Assembly (NCBI GenBank): GCA_041740355.1
Contig: JBGSMD010000006.1
Span: 32,001-96,000, forward strand
Length of the DNA: 64,000 bases
Source of the DNA: Bdellovibrionota bacterium
GTDB taxonomy: Bacteria; Bdellovibrionota_C; UBA2361; CALJRW01
Direction: 5' to 3'
Below the pieces are notes generated by a model. The model was given only the letters and a program-made list of their open reading frames with translations, did not search any database and was not told the origin of the DNA. The position numbers and the translations under genes are program-made. Below are positions 59,753 to 64,000 of the stretch, piece by piece (within the stretch, counting starts at the first letter, position 1; each line of letters begins with the position of its first letter).

Positions 59753-60182
59753 AAACAGCGTTACTTAAATTTAAACTTCGTACACCAGTTTCTAACATTG
59801 GAATTTGTAGTAATTGTTCGTTAGGAAACTTATTCATGAACTCTGATCCAAGTCCTTTAGTCTCACTTCCAAAGACCAAACAATCTTCTTTTCCAAAATC
59901 AGCTTGATAATATGCCTTGCTCGCAAATTTGCTTAGGAGCCAAATTTTCCTAGGGGCATGTTTTTCTTGATAATCTTCCCATTCTAAATATTGTTCTAAA
60001 TGGACATAAGGCCAGTAATCAAGTCCGGCACGTTTAACAGTCCGATCTGATATTTCAAAAGCGGGCTGTCCTATAATCATTAGTGGTGTTTTAGTGGCAG
60101 CGCAAGTTCGGGCGATAGAGCCAGTATTTTGGGGAATTTGGGGGTTAACTAGGGCTACGTGCATGACTAGGACTATACCCAA
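59709..60182 (-). CDS. trmL: tRNA (cytidine/uridine-34-2'-O)-methyltransferase
   Basis: PQIPQNTGSIARTC, RAGLDYW, FGSETKGL, RSLNLSN. Confidence 0.94.
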   Translation of the reverse strand: MGIVLVMHVALVNPQIPQNTGSIARTCAATKTPLMIIGQPAFEISDRTVKRAGLDYWPYVHLEQYLEWEDYQEKHAPRKIWLLSKFASKAYYQADFGKEDCLVFGSETKGLGSEFMNKFPNEQLLQIPMLETGVRSLNLSNAVSIVLYEALKQVKIL

Positions 60183-60244
60183 ATACTTTAATTATTTCAA
60201 TTTTGTGCTATCTATTACGGGGCAAAATTATTAATTTATAAAAG

Positions 60245-61018
60245 ATGTTAAACGCAACCTTAGTTAAAAAAATAGAAATTACAGAGCATTTATTAATTTA
60301 CCGAGTTAAGCCTGATGAGGAGATCCCAGACTTCACCGCAGGGCAGTATGTAGCCTTGGGTCTCATGCCTGAAAATCTTCGTCCAAGTCATTTTCCTGTC
60401 GAATTACACCCTCAAAAACCAGAAAAATTGATTAAACGAACCTATTCAATTGCTTCCTCGCCGGTAGAAAAAAATTATTTTGAATTCTATTTAGCGATAG
60501 TTCCTGATGGAACACTCAGTTCTAGACTTTGTTACTTACAAGAAGGCGAACGCTTATATTGTGCACCAAAAGTAACCGGAAAATTTACACTTGATGTTGT
60601 GCCTCCAGAAGCCAACGTTGTGATGGTTGCCACAGGGACTGGTTTAGCTCCGTTTTTATCTATGCTTCGAACCCCAAGTACCTGGGAGCAACCTGGAAAG
60701 ATTACATTAGTTTATGGTGTAAGATATCAAACAGATGTTGCTTATTTGCAGGAATTACAAGATTTAACTAAAGAACATGAAAACTTTACCTTTGCAGTGA
60801 CAGTTAGTCGACCTAGTGAGGATTGGCCTGGGCATAAAGGCTATGTGCAAACATTGTTTGAGTCAAATCAAGTTATGCTGGATTCATTAACAGATCATTT
60901 GATGTTGTGTGGTAACCCCGCTATGATTGATGATATGCAAAAGTATTTAGAGTCAAAAGGCTTTATTGAAAATACGCGTAAATTACCGGGGAATATTCAT
61001 TTAGAAAAGTATTGGTAA
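60245..61018 (+). CDS. fpr: Ferredoxin--NADP+ reductase
   Basis: RTYSIAS, ATGTGLAPF, LCGNPAMI, C-terminal EKYW. Confidence 0.93.
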   Translation: MLNATLVKKIEITEHLLIYRVKPDEEIPDFTAGQYVALGLMPENLRPSHFPVELHPQKPEKLIKRTYSIASSPVEKNYFEFYLAIVPDGTLSSRLCYLQEGERLYCAPKVTGKFTLDVVPPEANVVMVATGTGLAPFLSMLRTPSTWEQPGKITLVYGVRYQTDVAYLQELQDLTKEHENFTFAVTVSRPSEDWPGHKGYVQTLFESNQVMLDSLTDHLMLCGNPAMIDDMQKYLESKGFIENTRKLPGNIHLEKYW

Positions 61019-61350
61019 ATAAAATGGAAGAAAATCAAAGTAAGCAAAACGTAGGAAATCCATGGTCAAAGTTAGTAGCTTGGATTAATAGCACTAGCTT
61101 ATTTAAGTTCATCAAGTTGAAAACCAGAAATGAATGGTCTAATGCCTTCAAAACCCAGATAAGTGCGACTTACCAAACATTAACAAATTCATCTGAGAAA
61201 TCACTACTAATCGGATTTCTTGCTGGTGTGTTAGTTGTTATTTTTCCAATGCTAATTTTTAAATTACTTCTACTTCTTCTGTTAATAGCATTGTTGATCT
61301 GGTTTATTGCTGATGAGTCTAGAGAGGAAGCCGAAGATCATATAGAGTGA
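61012..61350 (+). CDS. Small membrane hypothetical protein
   Basis: Two C-terminal hydrophobic helices; overlaps the fpr stop. Confidence 0.65.
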   Translation: MVNKMEENQSKQNVGNPWSKLVAWINSTSLFKFIKLKTRNEWSNAFKTQISATYQTLTNSSEKSLLIGFLAGVLVVIFPMLIFKLLLLLLLIALLIWFIADESREEAEDHIE

Positions 61351-61383
61351 TACACCATTAATATTCATGTATCTGTAAAACAG

Positions 61384-61585
61384 CTAATAATTGCATTTTT
61401 TAGCTATAGAGCTTGGATTTTCTACCGTCCAAGCTTTCATAGCAGACTGAAGTAAACTAAGTGCGATTGTATCATAGGCTTTTGCTCGATATTCTTTATA
61501 TAAAGCAGCAGAAATAGAAGCTAAAATTCCGACAATAGTAACGGTTACTAATAATTCAACCAGAGTGAATCCCGTTTTTTTTCAT
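61384..61585 (-). pseudogene. Frameshifted, truncated type IV pilin / prepilin-like gene
   Basis: GFTLVELLVTVTIVGILASISAALYKEYRAKA... is out of frame with ATG 61585 because of an A8 run; stops at TAG 61384-61386. Confidence 0.75.
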
Positions 61586-61711
61586 TTGCAATACTTCTCG
61601 GCATTATATTAAAAAAATTAAAATCCCCCCACAATTTCAAGTTAATAAAACATTGGCAATACATTTTTAGGTAAAATACTACTGAAAGATCTGTCATAAA
61701 CCTAATAAAGC

Positions 61712-61798
61712 TAACTATATGATTTGATTATCCCTACGGGGGATATTAAGCCCCAAAAAGTAATTCCCAATGGAAATTACTTTTTGGACTCACTATAT
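61712..61798 (-). repeat. MITE-like repeat, copy C (inverted, partial)
   Basis: Reverse complement tatagtgagtccaaaaagtaatttcc...gaattactttttggggctt..tatccccc...aatcatatagtta matches copy A. Confidence 0.8.
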
Positions 61799-61899
61799 AC
61801 AAGTGATAATTTGGAATACTTATTCTAATCTTTGATCCAAATTAATCTTTTTTAATCAAAATATTTAATGACTTACAAGTATAGATACGATTCCTTATC

Positions 61900-62322
61900 T
61901 TGTTAGTTAGTTTATTTTGGTTAAAGCTGAAGGTTATGAACAAAGAAGAAGACTTTACTCAGATATCGTTTGAATTAGAAGAAGCAGGACTTATTTGGCA
62001 ACCTTCCTTTGGTGACGAAATCGTGGTTAGGAAAGAGCCCGTGCGAGTCTCGATCTTAGTGGATTCAGCCGGACTTACGCCCGATGAGTTAAGAGATGTT
62101 TATATTTGGCGTCCATCAGTCGAACAGATGGTTCTTCAGGTTGAGGTAAGGCAAGCAATTTTAAAGCATAGTGGTCTTGAACTAAGCGAGAAGATGATTC
62201 AGTATTTAACTATTTTGGATACTCATTATGGGAAGATAGAAGCTCGAGCTCAAAGCTTAAGAGATTCAATTGGCTTAGGCTTAAAAGATTTACTTTTAAT
62301 CAGTTCAAGTCCGATTCACTAG
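61900..62322 (+). CDS. Hypothetical protein
   Basis: ELEEAGLIWQPSFGDE...VYIWRPSVEQM; likely start ATG 61936. Confidence 0.7.
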   Translation: MLVSLFWLKLKVMNKEEDFTQISFELEEAGLIWQPSFGDEIVVRKEPVRVSILVDSAGLTPDELRDVYIWRPSVEQMVLQVEVRQAILKHSGLELSEKMIQYLTILDTHYGKIEARAQSLRDSIGLGLKDLLLISSSPIH

Positions 62323-62926
62323 TATTTACTAACACCTTTTGATTTTTTCTGTGACGATAGTACCAGTAAAGTCCACCGAGTACTAAAGCGATCGCTAAAA
62401 TAATTTCAGTCTTTTGGATATAACCTCTAATTGATTCATAATTCTCAGAAGCGTAATACCCAATGGTAATCATGATTGTCGAGCTAATTAAAGCAGCCAT
62501 CATATCCGCCAGTAAGTAACGTAAAAACTTCATTTTCACAGCGCCACAACAAATGAAAGTAATTGTCCGTAAATAGAATAGATGTCTTCCTAAGAAAATT
62601 GCAGCAATAAAATTTTTGTCTAGTCTGGCCCGAACAGCTTTAATCTTTGCTGGTGGAATTCTGTTTCTAAACCAGCGCTTACTGAATAGGTTAATTCCAA
62701 AGCGCCGACCAATTCCGTAAAGAATCATATCTCCCACGATGATCGAACTGTAAGCTAAAGGAAAAGCCCATTCTAGTTCGACAAGTTTTCTTTGAACTAA
62801 TATACCAATAATAATCAGGATTAAATCTTCGGGAAAAGGTAAGAAGAATGCTCCCCCGATGAGGGTTAAACAAATCATTAAATATAAAAACTGACCCTCT
62901 TGGGCAAGAAACCAATCTGTGAACAT
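62300..62926 (-). CDS. DedA-family membrane protein
   Basis: LPFPED, GDMILYGIGR, IFLGRHLFYLR, CGAVKMKF. Confidence 0.92.
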   Translation of the reverse strand: MFTDWFLAQEGQFLYLMICLTLIGGAFFLPFPEDLILIIIGILVQRKLVELEWAFPLAYSSIIVGDMILYGIGRRFGINLFSKRWFRNRIPPAKIKAVRARLDKNFIAAIFLGRHLFYLRTITFICCGAVKMKFLRYLLADMMAALISSTIMITIGYYASENYESIRGYIQKTEIILAIALVLGGLYWYYRHRKNQKVLVNTSESDLN

Positions 62927-63198
62927 AAGGTGGAGTAGTCTAGTACTTTTTCGTAATGAAGGAAAGTAAGTAAGACCTGCAAGAAATTAATTAATGTCTT
63001 TATTCTATGATCGATCATGGGCCTGAAGCAGTAATCGTAGTTCGATAATTAATCTAAAATGAACAGATTTGACATTCTAGGAATGAGTGTATTTGCTTAA
63101 AAATCCGATTTGATTAGACTCCAGTCAGAGGATTGGGTAATCAAAAGCCATTTACAGTTTAAACTATAATCTCTTATTAGCAGTACAGCAGTTTCAGT

Positions 63199-64000
63199 AT
63201 GAATGAGTTACTCACTAAAATTCAAAAAGGGGATCTTGGTTATTTAGAATCTTCGCAGCTTTTCATTCAGACTCACTTTCAAGATCTAACATATTATGAG
63301 AAAGTATTTTTAGTAGCCGCCTGCATGACCTTAGCGTTTCCTGAACGGAATGGAGAAGTGCCTGGGCAACCTGAGCTATATTTGGATTTTGCGACTGCTC
63401 GAATCTCGCAGTTAATTTTAGAAGTGCAAGCAGATAAACTTCCTGTTATTCCTCGTAAGGCGCTTGATATCTATGCCGTTAATTTCCAGGAAATTTTTGA
63501 TGCCCGAGGTAGGTTTATTGATCCAGCCGAGATTCTTAAGGAACTGACTGATGTTGGTTTGTTAATAGAAAAAGAAGGAAAACATTACATTCTAGGTAAG
63601 TTTGATGTTGGAATTATTCATTATGGAGACTGTGATTTTTTATTAGATGATGGGGTGTTACTTCTCGAAATTAATGGAATCCGCTATTCTCGAATTTTAA
63701 GTTCTCAGTCGGACCTGGAAGTAAAGAGGTTGATAGTCGAATTTCCACATGGTACTTATCCAGTTATTAATCAACAAATTATCAGCCAGATTGGCGATGT
63801 TTTTCCAGATCAGTTTGTGGATGTTAGTTTCAATTTTCAAAATGAATTAATTGGGGTGTATCAAGACGGTGAGAAATATCATTTGTTTCATGGAAAAGAT
63901 ACGCTATTTACGTTTGAATCCCAACCCAAGACATGCTTTTTTTCTGATGCCTTTGCAATTCCTAGTGGGTATGTCATTACTGCAGATGAGATTTATTACT
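63199..64000 (+). CDS. Hypothetical protein, 5' part (runs off the window)
   Basis: Open frame from ATG 63199 (MNELLTKIQKGDLGYLES...) to the window end. Confidence 0.7.
   Translation, partial: MNELLTKIQKGDLGYLESSQLFIQTHFQDLTYYEKVFLVAACMTLAFPERNGEVPGQPELYLDFATARISQLILEVQADKLPVIPRKALDIYAVNFQEIFDARGRFIDPAEILKELTDVGLLIEKEGKHYILGKFDVGIIHYGDCDFLLDDGVLLLEINGIRYSRILSSQSDLEVKRLIVEFPHGTYPVINQQIISQIGDVFPDQFVDVSFNFQNELIGVYQDGEKYHLFHGKDTLFTFESQPKTCFFSDAFAIPSGYVITADEIYY

Overview
AT-rich bacterial chromosomal window, probably from a deltaproteobacteria-like lineage (Bdellovibrionota/SAR324-like; inferred from gene content only). Most of it is housekeeping: RNase II, pgpA, minCDE, gcvT/folD/ald/gcvH/gcvP, tRNA-fMet, Leu dehydrogenase, uvrBC, ComEC, RNase E/G, scpAB-rluB, tatA, rlmB, rdgB, trmL, fpr, DedA, plus three toxin-antitoxin-like pairs. 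Three accessory loci stand out. (1) 47.5-57.8 kb: a strongly divergent, minimal type III secretion-like cluster. It has FHA proteins, SctJ, an SctQ-like gene, SctR/S/T, an SctU with no cytoplasmic domain and a TPR chaperone. Its export-gate proteins have lost the canonical Met-gate and Gln-belt residues, and it adjoins a divergent pair of FliA-like sigma factors with a near-consensus sigma28 promoter upstream. (2) 19.9-26.5 kb: an orphan TraF-like/TraG-like operon with no other conjugation genes. (3) 3.5-8.7 kb: three large orphan proteins with effector-like N-termini. Intergenic DNA carries several families of structured repeats, including a covarying three-hairpin element and a short repeat nested in itself. 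An unannotated small lipoprotein and a frameshifted type IV pilin remnant are also present. All calls come from motif recognition by eye; no database search was run.
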